62,333 nucleotides of DNA, from contig DATGXR010000472.1 of assembly GCA_035298825.1 (NCBI GenBank), forward strand, positions 1 through 62,333, given 5' to 3'. The notes under the pieces were generated by a model, which worked only from the letters and a program-made list of their open reading frames with translations, did not search any database and had not been told where the DNA came from. The stretch comes from Bacteroidota bacterium. GTDB lineage: Bacteria > Bacteroidota > Ignavibacteria > UBA10030 > UBA8401. The position numbers were made by a program, and so were the translations under genes. Numbering within the stretch: position 1 is the first letter of the stretch; each line of letters starts with the position of its first letter. Below are positions 26,872 through 35,770 of the stretch, piece by piece.

Positions 26872-27870
26872 ATGATCAAGATCCTCTATCTTCGTGACGG
26901 AAAATTACAGCCGACGTCGCTCAAAGACCTCGTCACCGCAGCGCGCTCAACCGACGGCGTCCTGTGGGTCGATCTTGACGATCCGACGGAGGCCGAAGAG
27001 GAAACCGTGCTGGTGTCGCTCTTTGATTTTCATCCGCTGGCGATCGAAGACTGCCAGCGCGCCCGGCGCGAGGACGCTCCGCATCTGCCCAAGGTCGAGG
27101 ATTTCGGCGAGTATCTGTTCGTGATCTTCAATCCGATCGAAACGCATTTCGGCGACGACAAGCTCATCGAGCATGCCGACATCACTTCTGTGCAGCTGAG
27201 CGCCTTCATCACCGAACGCGTGCTTGTGACGCATCACTACACGCAGATCGAAGGAACGCGCTTCGCGGCAGAACTCTGCTCGAAAAACGCGCTCACGCTC
27301 CAGCGCGGTCCTGATTTCCTCTTTCATCTGATCATCGACAAGATTGTCGACGATTATGCGCCGATGCTCGAGGCATTGGATGATGAGATCGATGCGATCG
27401 AGCTCGAAGTCTTCGCGCGTCCCTCGCAGCGCACCATGGCGCGCATCCTGCGCATCAAACAGAATATCATGACCATCCGTCGGGTGGCCACCTATCAGCG
27501 CGAAATGCTCAACCGGCTGTCGCGCGGAGAATTCGACCTCATCACGCAGGAGGAAATGATCTATTACAGGAACGTGTACGACCATCTGGTGCGTATGACG
27601 GATGTGGCCGATTCGTACAGGGATATCACCTCCGGTCTGTTGGATGCGTATCTGTCCGTCACGTCGAATAATTTGAATCAGATCATGAAAGTGCTCACGA
27701 TCATCTCGACGATCTTTCTGCCGATGAGCGTGATCACGGGACTCTTCGGCATGAATTTCAAGATCATCCCTGGAGCCGATTTGGAGTACGGCTTCTGGGT
27801 CGCGATCACCATTATGATGTTTGTGGCTGCGATCATGCTTGTCACGTTCCGCAAAAAAAAGCTTTTTTAA
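26872..27870 (+). CDS. corA: Magnesium/cobalt transporter CorA
   Basis: 332 aa from the internal ATG. Cytoplasmic funnel domain, then two C-terminal TM segments with the GMN motif (LFGMNF). Confidence 0.88.
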   Translation: MIKILYLRDGKLQPTSLKDLVTAARSTDGVLWVDLDDPTEAEEETVLVSLFDFHPLAIEDCQRARREDAPHLPKVEDFGEYLFVIFNPIETHFGDDKLIEHADITSVQLSAFITERVLVTHHYTQIEGTRFAAELCSKNALTLQRGPDFLFHLIIDKIVDDYAPMLEALDDEIDAIELEVFARPSQRTMARILRIKQNIMTIRRVATYQREMLNRLSRGEFDLITQEEMIYYRNVYDHLVRMTDVADSYRDITSGLLDAYLSVTSNNLNQIMKVLTIISTIFLPMSVITGLFGMNFKIIPGADLEYGFWVAITIMMFVAAIMLVTFRKKKLF

Positions 27871-27895
27871 AAAAAATTCACAGACACGCCTCCGC

Positions 27896-27943
27896 GCATC
27901 CGCTCCAGGCTTTACACAGATCGGATGCATCCCGCTTTTTTTT
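27896..27943 (+). terminator. Possible terminator after corA (weak)
   Basis: GCATCCG (27896-27902) pairs with CGGATGC (27922-27928), long loop, then a T8 run at 27936-27943. The geometry is not ideal. Confidence 0.3.
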
Positions 27944-28134
27944 CTGCGTCCTGTCGTTGGAGCGACCCTCCAGACTGAGTGAGTCAGGTAGATGGCGCAT
28001 GCAGAAAGAGAGGCGGAGCATCGAAGATTCCCCGATATTATTTTCTCCCGCAACACGAAACTTTTCTGAAATTCTCTCGTATACTGAGCGCTACCAAATT
28101 CCAGCTTTTTTTCATGTATAGAAGGGGTTTTACC

Positions 28135-30186
28135 ATGCGTAACAAATTTTTCTTGTTTGTCGCGGCGCTTACAATACTTGGAGCGCAACTTGTTCGTGCC
28201 CAGCAGCCTGCTCCGGCTGCAGCGTCAGCCGCATTGGATGTATCGAATATGGATAAGGCCGTCAAGCCCTGCCAGGATTTCAACGCGTATGCAAACGGCG
28301 GATGGATGGCTAAAAACCCCGTTCCCGATGCATATAGCCGATGGGGTTCGTTCGACGAACTTGGCGAAAAAAATAATGTGATCCTCCATCAGATCCTCGA
28401 AGAGTCCGCAGCAAATACGAAGGCGCGCAACGGAAGCATCACACAGAAGATCGGTGATTTCTACGCCTCGGGCATGGACAGTGCCGCAATTGAGCGCGAC
28501 GGCCTTACGCCGTTGGCCGGCATCTTCTCGAAGATTTCCGCCGTCGGCACCAAAGCCGATCTCGTGAAAATGATCGCCCGTCTGCACTTGATGGGGATCG
28601 GCTCGGCATTCCGCGCCGGCGTCGATCAGGACGCGAAGAACAGCACGCTCTACATCCTCGATCTCGATCAGGGCGGCCTCGGTCTTCCGGACCGCGACTA
28701 TTATACGAAGGACGATGAGCGTTCGGTGAAGATTCGCGAAGAGTATGTGAAGCACATCGCGTCGATGTTCCGCAAGATGACCGGCAACACGGTCGATGCG
28801 CAGTCCGATGCGAAGACAGTGATGGCGATCGAAACACGTCTTGCCAATGCGTCGATGTCCCGCGTCGACCGCCGCGATCCCGAGAAAATGTACCACAAGA
28901 TGTCAATTGCCGGCGTCTCAGACATTGCGCCTGAAATCAATTGGACGTCGTACTTTCAGACGTTCAATGTGGTGAATCCCGGCGATGTCAATGTGAGCCA
29001 TCCGCCGTTCTTCAAGGAGCTCTCGGCAATGATCAATGACGTCCCGATGTCCGACTGGAAAGTCTATCTCCGCTGGAACGTGCTGCGCGCCGCGGCGCCG
29101 AAACTGAGCGACGCATTCGTGAACGAGAACTTCCGTTTCTATGGCAAGACGATGACGGGCGCCAAGGAATTGCAGCCCCGCTGGAAACGCGTGCTTGCCT
29201 TGACGAACGCTGCCCTGGGCGAAGCGCTCGGACAGCTCTTCGTACAGAAAGCATTCAGTCCTGCTGCGAAGACGCGCGCGCTCGAAATGGTGAACAACCT
29301 CATCGCGGCTTTCAAGGATCGCGTCAACACGCTTGATTGGATGGACGCCGCAACGAAACAGGCCGCGCTCACGAAGCTTGCGGCATTCAATGTGAAGATC
29401 GGATATCCCGACAAATGGCGCGATTATTCCGATCTCGAAATCACACGCGAATCGTATGTGATGAACGCGTTGCGCGCGAATGAATTTGCCGTGCGCCGCG
29501 AATATGCGAAACTCGGCAAACCGATCGATCGCGACGAATGGATGATGACCCCGTCGACAGTCAACGCGTACTACAATCCGGCCAAGAACGAAATCGTGTT
29601 TCCTGCGGCTATCCTGCAGCCGCCGTTCTTCAATGCGGATGCCGACGACGCCGTCAACTACGGCGGCATCGGCGCCGTGATCGGTCATGAGCTCACACAC
29701 GGCTTCGATGATCAGGGATCGAAATACGACGCCGAAGGCAACATGAAGGACTGGTGGACGCCCGAAGTGAAGAAGCAGTTCGAATCGCGCGCAGAGAACG
29801 TCGAAAAGCAGTTCGACCAATATGTGGCAATCGATTCGCTCCATGTCGACGGCAAGCTCACTCTTGGCGAAAACATCGCCGACCTTGGCGGCCTCTCGAT
29901 CTCGTATGCCGCACTGCAGAAAGCGTTCACGACCAAAACCAAGCCCGGCCTGATCGACGGCTTCACTCCCGAACAGCGCTTCTTCCTGTCATGGGCGCAA
30001 GTCTGGCGCCAGAATCAGCGTCCTGAAGCGCGCCGGCTCCAGGTGAAGACCGATCCGCACTCACCCGGCATGTTCCGCGTGCGCGGACCGATAGCGAACA
30101 TGAAGGAATTCGAAGATGCCTTCGGATGTACAGCAGCCGATGCGGCGCTGCGCCCGACAACAGAGCGCGCAAAGATCTGGAATTGA
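28135..30186 (+). CDS. M13-family zinc endopeptidase (PepO / neprilysin-like), secreted
   Basis: 683 aa from the ATG at 28135 (SD GAAGGGG). Signal peptide MRNKFFLFVAALTILGAQLVRAQQ. NAYY, HEXXH as GHELTHGFD, and ENIADLGG. Confidence 0.9.
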   Translation: MRNKFFLFVAALTILGAQLVRAQQPAPAAASAALDVSNMDKAVKPCQDFNAYANGGWMAKNPVPDAYSRWGSFDELGEKNNVILHQILEESAANTKARNGSITQKIGDFYASGMDSAAIERDGLTPLAGIFSKISAVGTKADLVKMIARLHLMGIGSAFRAGVDQDAKNSTLYILDLDQGGLGLPDRDYYTKDDERSVKIREEYVKHIASMFRKMTGNTVDAQSDAKTVMAIETRLANASMSRVDRRDPEKMYHKMSIAGVSDIAPEINWTSYFQTFNVVNPGDVNVSHPPFFKELSAMINDVPMSDWKVYLRWNVLRAAAPKLSDAFVNENFRFYGKTMTGAKELQPRWKRVLALTNAALGEALGQLFVQKAFSPAAKTRALEMVNNLIAAFKDRVNTLDWMDAATKQAALTKLAAFNVKIGYPDKWRDYSDLEITRESYVMNALRANEFAVRREYAKLGKPIDRDEWMMTPSTVNAYYNPAKNEIVFPAAILQPPFFNADADDAVNYGGIGAVIGHELTHGFDDQGSKYDAEGNMKDWWTPEVKKQFESRAENVEKQFDQYVAIDSLHVDGKLTLGENIADLGGLSISYAALQKAFTTKTKPGLIDGFTPEQRFFLSWAQVWRQNQRPEARRLQVKTDPHSPGMFRVRGPIANMKEFEDAFGCTAADAALRPTTERAKIWN

Positions 30187-30222
30187 TCTGCATGATGCAG
30201 CACTAAGGCGGCAAGTGTAAGT

Positions 30223-30284
30223 ATGGACCCCATACACGATCACAGGAAACACATCCTGTGTGTGTGGGGTCCATTTTGTTTTTT
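30223..30284 (+). terminator. Rho-independent terminator after the M13 peptidase gene
   Basis: ATGGACCCCA (30223-30232) pairs with TGGGGTCCAT (30265-30274), with additional inner pairing CACAGG/CCTGTG. Followed by TTTTGTTTTTT. Confidence 0.75.
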
Positions 30285-30354
30285 AGAGTTTTTAAGAGTA
30301 TCATACTACCTATAGAGAACGAAGCTCTTTCCACACTAGTGACAGGTTCAATCG

Positions 30355-31461
30355 ATGCGCGTTCAAACGCAGACAACAGTTCCCGAATTTCAACGCGATA
30401 TTCCGCTTTCACGCCACACGACGATCGGCCTCGGAGGTCCGGCGCGCTACTTTGTCGACTGCGCCTCGCTCGCCGAGATCCGCGGCGTGCTCGATGAATC
30501 GGCGCGCCTTGGACTTCCGCTGCAGGTTGTGGGAGGAGGGAGCAATCTTATTTTCCCGGACGACGGCTACGCGGGTATCGTGATGCGCATCGGACTCAGC
30601 GGCATCGAGTGGATCGACGACGGCCCGTGCGTCATCTCGCATGTGATGGCGGGAGAGCGGTGGGATGAATTCGTTCGATCGGCAGTTGCACGGAGACTCT
30701 CGGGCATCGAGTGCCTGTCGGGAATTCCTGGAAGCGTCGGGGCTGTTCCGATACAAAATGTCGGCGCCTACGGGCAGGAAGTGACAGAGACGATCATTGC
30801 TGTGCATGCGATCGACCGCACGACAGGAGCGGAACGCGAATTTTCAAACGCCGAATGTGAATTCGGCTATCGCATGAGCCGCTTCAAAGCACGCGATGCA
30901 AATCGGTGGATCGTCACCCGCGTGTCATTCCGACTTCGAAAGGATCGGCAGTTGTCACGCTCGGTCTACCCCGAACTGAAACGCTATCTGGAATCGCAGA
31001 CGCCCGGCGCGCTGTCGCCGCAGAGCGACTCCGCCGAAGTGCTCACACTGATACGCGAGGCGGTGCTTGCACTGCGCCGGAAAAAATCGATGGTGATCGA
31101 TCCGTCCGATCCCGATACGCGTTCTGTCGGCTCGTATTTCATGAATCCGATTGTAACGCCCGCACGGTTCCGTGAGATCGAAGCACGCTGGCTCACGGCG
31201 CACCCATCAACTCCCATTCCCTCGTTTCAGTCGCCCGGAAGCGAAGATGTGAAAATTCCCGCCGCCTGGCTCATCGAGCATGCAGGATTTCAAAAAGGGT
31301 ACAGACGCGGCGGTGTGGGCATCTCGTCGCATCATACGCTTGCCCTTGTGAACTACGGCGGCACAACAGCCGAACTCTTTGCACTCGAAAACGAGATTCG
31401 CGCCGGGGTGCAATCGGTCTTCGGCTTTGTGCTGGAGCGCGAGGCGATCGCCGTCGAATAA
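30355..31461 (+). CDS. murB: UDP-N-acetylenolpyruvoylglucosamine reductase MurB
   Basis: 368 aa. LSRHTTIGLGGPARYFV, FAD-binding domain (VVGGGSNLIF), GIPGSVGAVPIQNVGAYG, and C-terminal GSYFMNP...AAWLIE. Confidence 0.9.
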   Translation: MRVQTQTTVPEFQRDIPLSRHTTIGLGGPARYFVDCASLAEIRGVLDESARLGLPLQVVGGGSNLIFPDDGYAGIVMRIGLSGIEWIDDGPCVISHVMAGERWDEFVRSAVARRLSGIECLSGIPGSVGAVPIQNVGAYGQEVTETIIAVHAIDRTTGAEREFSNAECEFGYRMSRFKARDANRWIVTRVSFRLRKDRQLSRSVYPELKRYLESQTPGALSPQSDSAEVLTLIREAVLALRRKKSMVIDPSDPDTRSVGSYFMNPIVTPARFREIEARWLTAHPSTPIPSFQSPGSEDVKIPAAWLIEHAGFQKGYRRGGVGISSHHTLALVNYGGTTAELFALENEIRAGVQSVFGFVLEREAIAVE

Positions 31462-31638
31462 ATTTTTAAAAGACGGGAACTCTTCCGCTCATGACGCACG
31501 TTCTATTGGGTAAGAATAGTCACTGCGCACAGTGATCATGAGGAGAAAAATTCGCCCGTAAATCCCTACAAAACAAACAGGATGAGGGCAGAAAAGGTAA
31601 GGATCGTGACGGGGAGGTATTGTGCTGCGGAAAAAAGG

Positions 31639-31674
31639 GCGTCTTGCAGATATTTGCAAGGCGCTTTTTTTTTT
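31639..31674 (+). terminator. Strong stem-loop + T10 terminator (A-run upstream, potentially bidirectional), about 180 nt downstream of murB
   Basis: GCGTCTTGCA (31639-31648) pairs with TGCAAGGCGC (31655-31664): 10 bp with one G-U, 6-nt loop. T10 at 31665-31674, preceded by AAAAAAG. Confidence 0.7.
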
Positions 31675-31778
31675 GTATTTTAGATGCTTGCCCGGCAAAC
31701 TCGTGCAGCACGTGAGGGAGGGCGTACACGATATAATTTTTTTTTTAAGATCACCGAAGAAGAAACGATACCGCAACG

Positions 31779-33104
31779 ATGGTTACTGTGTCCACCCAGG
31801 CAACAATGAAATATCCCCGGGCATTCTGGACGGCCAATGCCGTTGAATTGTTCGAACGCGCGGCGTATTATGCGGTCTTCATCGCGATCACACTCTATTT
31901 GACAAAGGTCGTCGGCTATAACGATATCTGGGCCGCGTGGATCGGCGGCGTCTTCTCGGGCGGGCTCTACCTGCTTCCGACATTCACGGGCGCCTATGCC
32001 GATACGATCGGGTTCCGCAAATCGATCATTCTCGCTTTCTCGCTCTTGTCGATCGGGTATTTCACACTCGGCGCACTCCCCTACAAAGTGACGGTTCCCC
32101 CGGCGCTCTTCATCTTGATGATCGGCGGCTCATTCATCAAGAGCGTCATCACCGGAACCGTGGCCCGCACAACGACGAAGGAGAATCGCGCGCGCGGGTA
32201 TTCGATCTTTTACGGCATCGTCAACGTCGGATCTTTTCTCGGCAAGACCTTCGCCTTCCCGTTGCGCCTGAATTGGGGACTCACCTCGATCAATTTTTAT
32301 TCGGCCGCAATGTGCTTCATCGCGCTTGTGCTCGTGGTGCTTTTCTATAAGAACACGCAGATCGACGCCGATCGAAAATCAATCCGCGAGGTGTGGGCTG
32401 GATTCCTGCGTGTGCTGACGAACCTCAGGCTGTTCCTCCTCATTGTGATCGTGACCGGATTCTGGATCATACAGCATCAATTGTACGCCACGATGCCGAA
32501 ATACGTATTGCGCACAGTCGGCAATCACGCCTCGCCCGAATGGATTGCCAATGTCAATCCGTTCATCGTGATGACCATGGTCGTCTTTATCACAGGCGCC
32601 ATGAAGCGCGTCAAAGCAATCACATCGATGACAATCGGCATGGTGCTCATGCCCGTCTCGGCGTTGTGCATGGCATCAAGCACCCTCCTGATGTCGGTGA
32701 CAGGGACGGAGATCTCCGTTTTCGGATTCTTCACGGCGCATCCGATTACCGTGATGATGATCGTCGGCATCGTCTTTCAGGGATTGGCCGAATGCTTCAT
32801 CTCGCCGCGCTATCTTGAATTTTTTTCGCTGCAGGCGCCAAAAGGCGAAGAAGGGCTGTATATGGGATTCAGTCACCTCCATTCCTTCTTCGCCGCGATC
32901 CTCGGCTTCGGCATCTCGGGCTATTTGCTGACGGCGTATGCCCCCGATCCCTCGACGCTGACTCCGGCACAGCTCGTCCATGCCTATGATCACGCGTATT
33001 ATATCTGGTACTATTTTGCGGCAATCGGTTTTTCAGCGGCCGTCGCGCTTGTGCTCTACCACATCATCACGCGCCGGCTCGATATTCAAACACAGTACAA
33101 ATAA
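31779..33104 (+). CDS. Proton-dependent oligopeptide transporter (POT/PTR2, MFS)
   Basis: 441 aa, about 12 TM. N-terminal ExxER motif region (AVELFERAAYYAV). Alternative ATG at 31806. Confidence 0.85.
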   Translation: MVTVSTQATMKYPRAFWTANAVELFERAAYYAVFIAITLYLTKVVGYNDIWAAWIGGVFSGGLYLLPTFTGAYADTIGFRKSIILAFSLLSIGYFTLGALPYKVTVPPALFILMIGGSFIKSVITGTVARTTTKENRARGYSIFYGIVNVGSFLGKTFAFPLRLNWGLTSINFYSAAMCFIALVLVVLFYKNTQIDADRKSIREVWAGFLRVLTNLRLFLLIVIVTGFWIIQHQLYATMPKYVLRTVGNHASPEWIANVNPFIVMTMVVFITGAMKRVKAITSMTIGMVLMPVSALCMASSTLLMSVTGTEISVFGFFTAHPITVMMIVGIVFQGLAECFISPRYLEFFSLQAPKGEEGLYMGFSHLHSFFAAILGFGISGYLLTAYAPDPSTLTPAQLVHAYDHAYYIWYYFAAIGFSAAVALVLYHIITRRLDIQTQYK

Positions 33105-33110
33105 AAAAAT

Positions 33111-33779
33111 ATGATGAAGAAATTAATTGCAGTCTGCTGCTGCGTGCTTATTACATCCACGGCTGTCATGGCTCAGGGATACGACACGCTCTATCGCGCC
33201 AATAAAACCTACACAGTCCAAACCGGACTCCACAGGCTGTATTCAATGCAGCGTGCGGCAATTGTCATGCTCGGCAATTCGATCACATACGGTGTGAACT
33301 GGGGCGAGCTGCTCGGACGCCATACGATCGCCAACCGCGGCATCGGCGGCGATAACACATACGGCATCCTGAATCGCATGAGCAACGTGTATTCGCTGCA
33401 GCCGAAGATCTGTTTCATTATGGCCGGCATCAACGATCTCTATGCCGGCATTCCTGTCGATACGATCTTTGCAAATTATAAGAAGATCATTTTCGGACTG
33501 CGCGACAATCACATTGTGCCGGTGATTGAGGCGACGCTCCATGTGAATGAGAAATTCAAGCGTGCCGACGAGATCAATCCGCTCGTCGCCAAACTGAACA
33601 CCATGCTCCAGAAATTTGCAGACGATCAAAAACTCGACTTCCTGAACCTCAACCGCCTTATCGCTCCCGAGAACAAGCTTCGCGACGACTGCACATTCGA
33701 CGGCATTCACCTGACGGCGGCCGGCTACGGCCCATGGCGTGCCGAGCTGGAACCGATTCTTAAAAAATACGGACTGTAA
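33111..33779 (+). CDS. SGNH/GDSL-family hydrolase, secreted
   Basis: Signal peptide. Block I MLGNSITYG, block II GIGGDNT, block III GINDL, block V DGIHLT. Confidence 0.8.
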   Translation: MMKKLIAVCCCVLITSTAVMAQGYDTLYRANKTYTVQTGLHRLYSMQRAAIVMLGNSITYGVNWGELLGRHTIANRGIGGDNTYGILNRMSNVYSLQPKICFIMAGINDLYAGIPVDTIFANYKKIIFGLRDNHIVPVIEATLHVNEKFKRADEINPLVAKLNTMLQKFADDQKLDFLNLNRLIAPENKLRDDCTFDGIHLTAAGYGPWRAELEPILKKYGL

Positions 33780-34681
33780 TGAATATCCCGTTCTTCGGCG
33801 AGTTGTGTGCGCTCATCACCGCCTGCTTCTGGTCGATGTCCCCGCTGTTTTTTTCGGCCGCGATCGACAGAGTCGGCACTGTGACTGTGAATATCACGCG
33901 TCTCACATTCGCACTCGTGTTTCTTGTCGCCTCTGTCATCGTGATGCGGTATTCGGTGTCGATGTCGCTCACACAGTATGCGTATCTGAGCATCTCCGGA
34001 TTTTTAGGACTTGTGTTCGGCGATTCGTTCATGTTCAAGGGCTTCCAGTTTGTGGGCGCGCGAATCACGATGCTGATCATGGCGCTGTCGCCGGCCATCG
34101 CCGCGGTGCTCGCATTCGTTGTGCTCGGCGAACACATGCCGTTGCTCGGCATCGCCGGCATTGCGCTCACACTGAGCGGCATCATCTGGGTCGTGCTGGA
34201 GCGCAAGCAGGGCACGGAACGCACGCCGCACAAACTTCCGACGATCGGCCTGTTTTATGCCTTCTGCGGTGCGATCGGACAGGGAAGCGGACTTGTCTTT
34301 GCGAAACTTGCGCTGCGTGAAGGCGGAGCAATCAACGGTCTTGTCGCCACGCTCATCCGCATCGCCGCAGCCTGGATTCTCCTGATTCCGATCGCCATGG
34401 CGGCAAGGACCATGAAAAATCCAATCACGGCATACCGGAGCGAACGCCGCGCGCTTTGGCTGACCGCAGGCGGAGCGCTCGTCGGACCCTTTCTCGGGAT
34501 CACATTCAGTCTGATGGCCGTGGCCCATACCGAGGTCGGAGTGGCCGCCACAATCATGGCCATGGTGCCGATTGTGATGCTGCCGCTGCTGAAGATTTTC
34601 TATCATGAGGAACTCACCTGGAAGTCGATCGCCGGGGCGTTTGTCGCCGTGGCCGGAGTTGTGCTGCTCTTCCTGAAATGA
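33779..34681 (+). CDS. EamA/DMT-family transporter
   Basis: 300 aa, 10 predicted TM segments in two EamA-like halves. ATG overlaps the preceding stop (TAATG). Confidence 0.8.
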   Translation: MNIPFFGELCALITACFWSMSPLFFSAAIDRVGTVTVNITRLTFALVFLVASVIVMRYSVSMSLTQYAYLSISGFLGLVFGDSFMFKGFQFVGARITMLIMALSPAIAAVLAFVVLGEHMPLLGIAGIALTLSGIIWVVLERKQGTERTPHKLPTIGLFYAFCGAIGQGSGLVFAKLALREGGAINGLVATLIRIAAAWILLIPIAMAARTMKNPITAYRSERRALWLTAGGALVGPFLGITFSLMAVAHTEVGVAATIMAMVPIVMLPLLKIFYHEELTWKSIAGAFVAVAGVVLLFLK

Positions 34682-34791
34682 AGGCTGAAAAAGAGCATTT
34701 CTCGCAAATTTTTATTATCTTTCAGCTTACAAAAAAAACTGCCTGTATAGTTCCCGTATCTTTTTTCATTTTTATTTATGAAGGAGTTTCA

Positions 34792-35580
34792 ATGAAACGT
34801 TCACTCTTGGCGATCCTGAGCATTCTTCTCGCCGTATCGGTTTCTTCAGCACAGAAGAAGACGGATAAGTCGTCGTCGACGACGTCGCTGAAATCGCAAA
34901 AAGACAAAGTCAGCTATGTGGTCGGATATGATCTCGGATCGAAAATCGGCGCCGATATCAAGAAGCAGGAACTTGATTTCGCGGTCGACGCATTTATTCG
35001 CGGCATCAGGGAAGCCATCAGCGGCACGAAGGCGGCTCTGCCCGACAGTGAAATGACGAGTGCGATGATGGCCTTCCAGCAGTCGATGATGGAAAAGCAG
35101 CAGAAGGCGCAAAAGGCCGTTGCCGAAAAGAATCTGGCGGAAGGCAACGCATTCCTTGCAGCCAATGCGAAAAAAGATTCGGTGAAAGTGCTGCCCAGCG
35201 GTCTCCAGTACAAAGTGCTCGCCGAGGGCGCAGGCGCACAGCCGGCCGCAAACGATACGGTCGTGACGCATTATCGCGGCACGCTCCTCGACGGAAAGGT
35301 GTTCGACGAATCCTACGCGCGCGGCGAACCGATCACATTCCCGGTCTCCGGCGTGATCAAAGGATGGACCGAAGCGCTCCAACTGATGAAAGTCGGATCG
35401 AAATGGGAATTATACATTCCCGCGGCGCTTGCATATGGTGAACGCGGCGCAGGCCAGATGATCGGACCCAACAGCACGCTCATCTTCACAGTGGAACTCC
35501 TTGAAGTTAAAAAAGGACCGATGGAAAAACCCCTCACAGCGCCGCAGGATACGGTGAAATCGCCCGTTGAGAAAAACTGA
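34792..35580 (+). CDS. FKBP-type peptidyl-prolyl cis-trans isomerase (FkpA/Mip-like), secreted
   Basis: 262 aa from the ATG at 34792 (SD GAAGGAG). Signal peptide, N-terminal dimerisation helices, and FKBP_C (VTHYRGTLLDGKVFDES, GVIKGWTEAL, LYIPAALAYG). Confidence 0.88.
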   Translation: MKRSLLAILSILLAVSVSSAQKKTDKSSSTTSLKSQKDKVSYVVGYDLGSKIGADIKKQELDFAVDAFIRGIREAISGTKAALPDSEMTSAMMAFQQSMMEKQQKAQKAVAEKNLAEGNAFLAANAKKDSVKVLPSGLQYKVLAEGAGAQPAANDTVVTHYRGTLLDGKVFDESYARGEPITFPVSGVIKGWTEALQLMKVGSKWELYIPAALAYGERGAGQMIGPNSTLIFTVELLEVKKGPMEKPLTAPQDTVKSPVEKN

Positions 35581-35629
35581 CGAGACACACGTGTCGCCAG
35601 ATCGACGCCGCTGAGAAAATAAGACAATC

Positions 35630-35689
35630 GCAGCACCCGCTTTCCTCCGCTTTTTTTTTATGGCCGGGACGTGCGGGTGCTGCCGTTTT
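35630..35689 (+). terminator. Possible terminator after the FKBP gene
   Basis: 11-bp perfect stem GCAGCACCCGC (35630-35640) / GCGGGTGCTGC (35673-35683) with an unusually large 32-nt loop containing a T9 run. Followed by CGTTTT. Confidence 0.4.
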
Positions 35690-35770
35690 AAAAAGGCAAA
35701 AAAAAATCGTATATTATAAACTGGAACTTTTTATTCATCGACACGACAGCGAGCACGCGAAAGAGACTTC

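Noticed and set aside
31538-31561. Micro-ORF MRRKIRP, and the 74-aa ORF 31622-31846 with an SD-like GGAGG, in the murB-POT spacer.
   Set aside because: The micro-ORF is too short and has no supporting signal. The 74-aa ORF reads through the terminator hairpin and T10 tract and overlaps the POT gene start out of frame, with non-protein-like composition.
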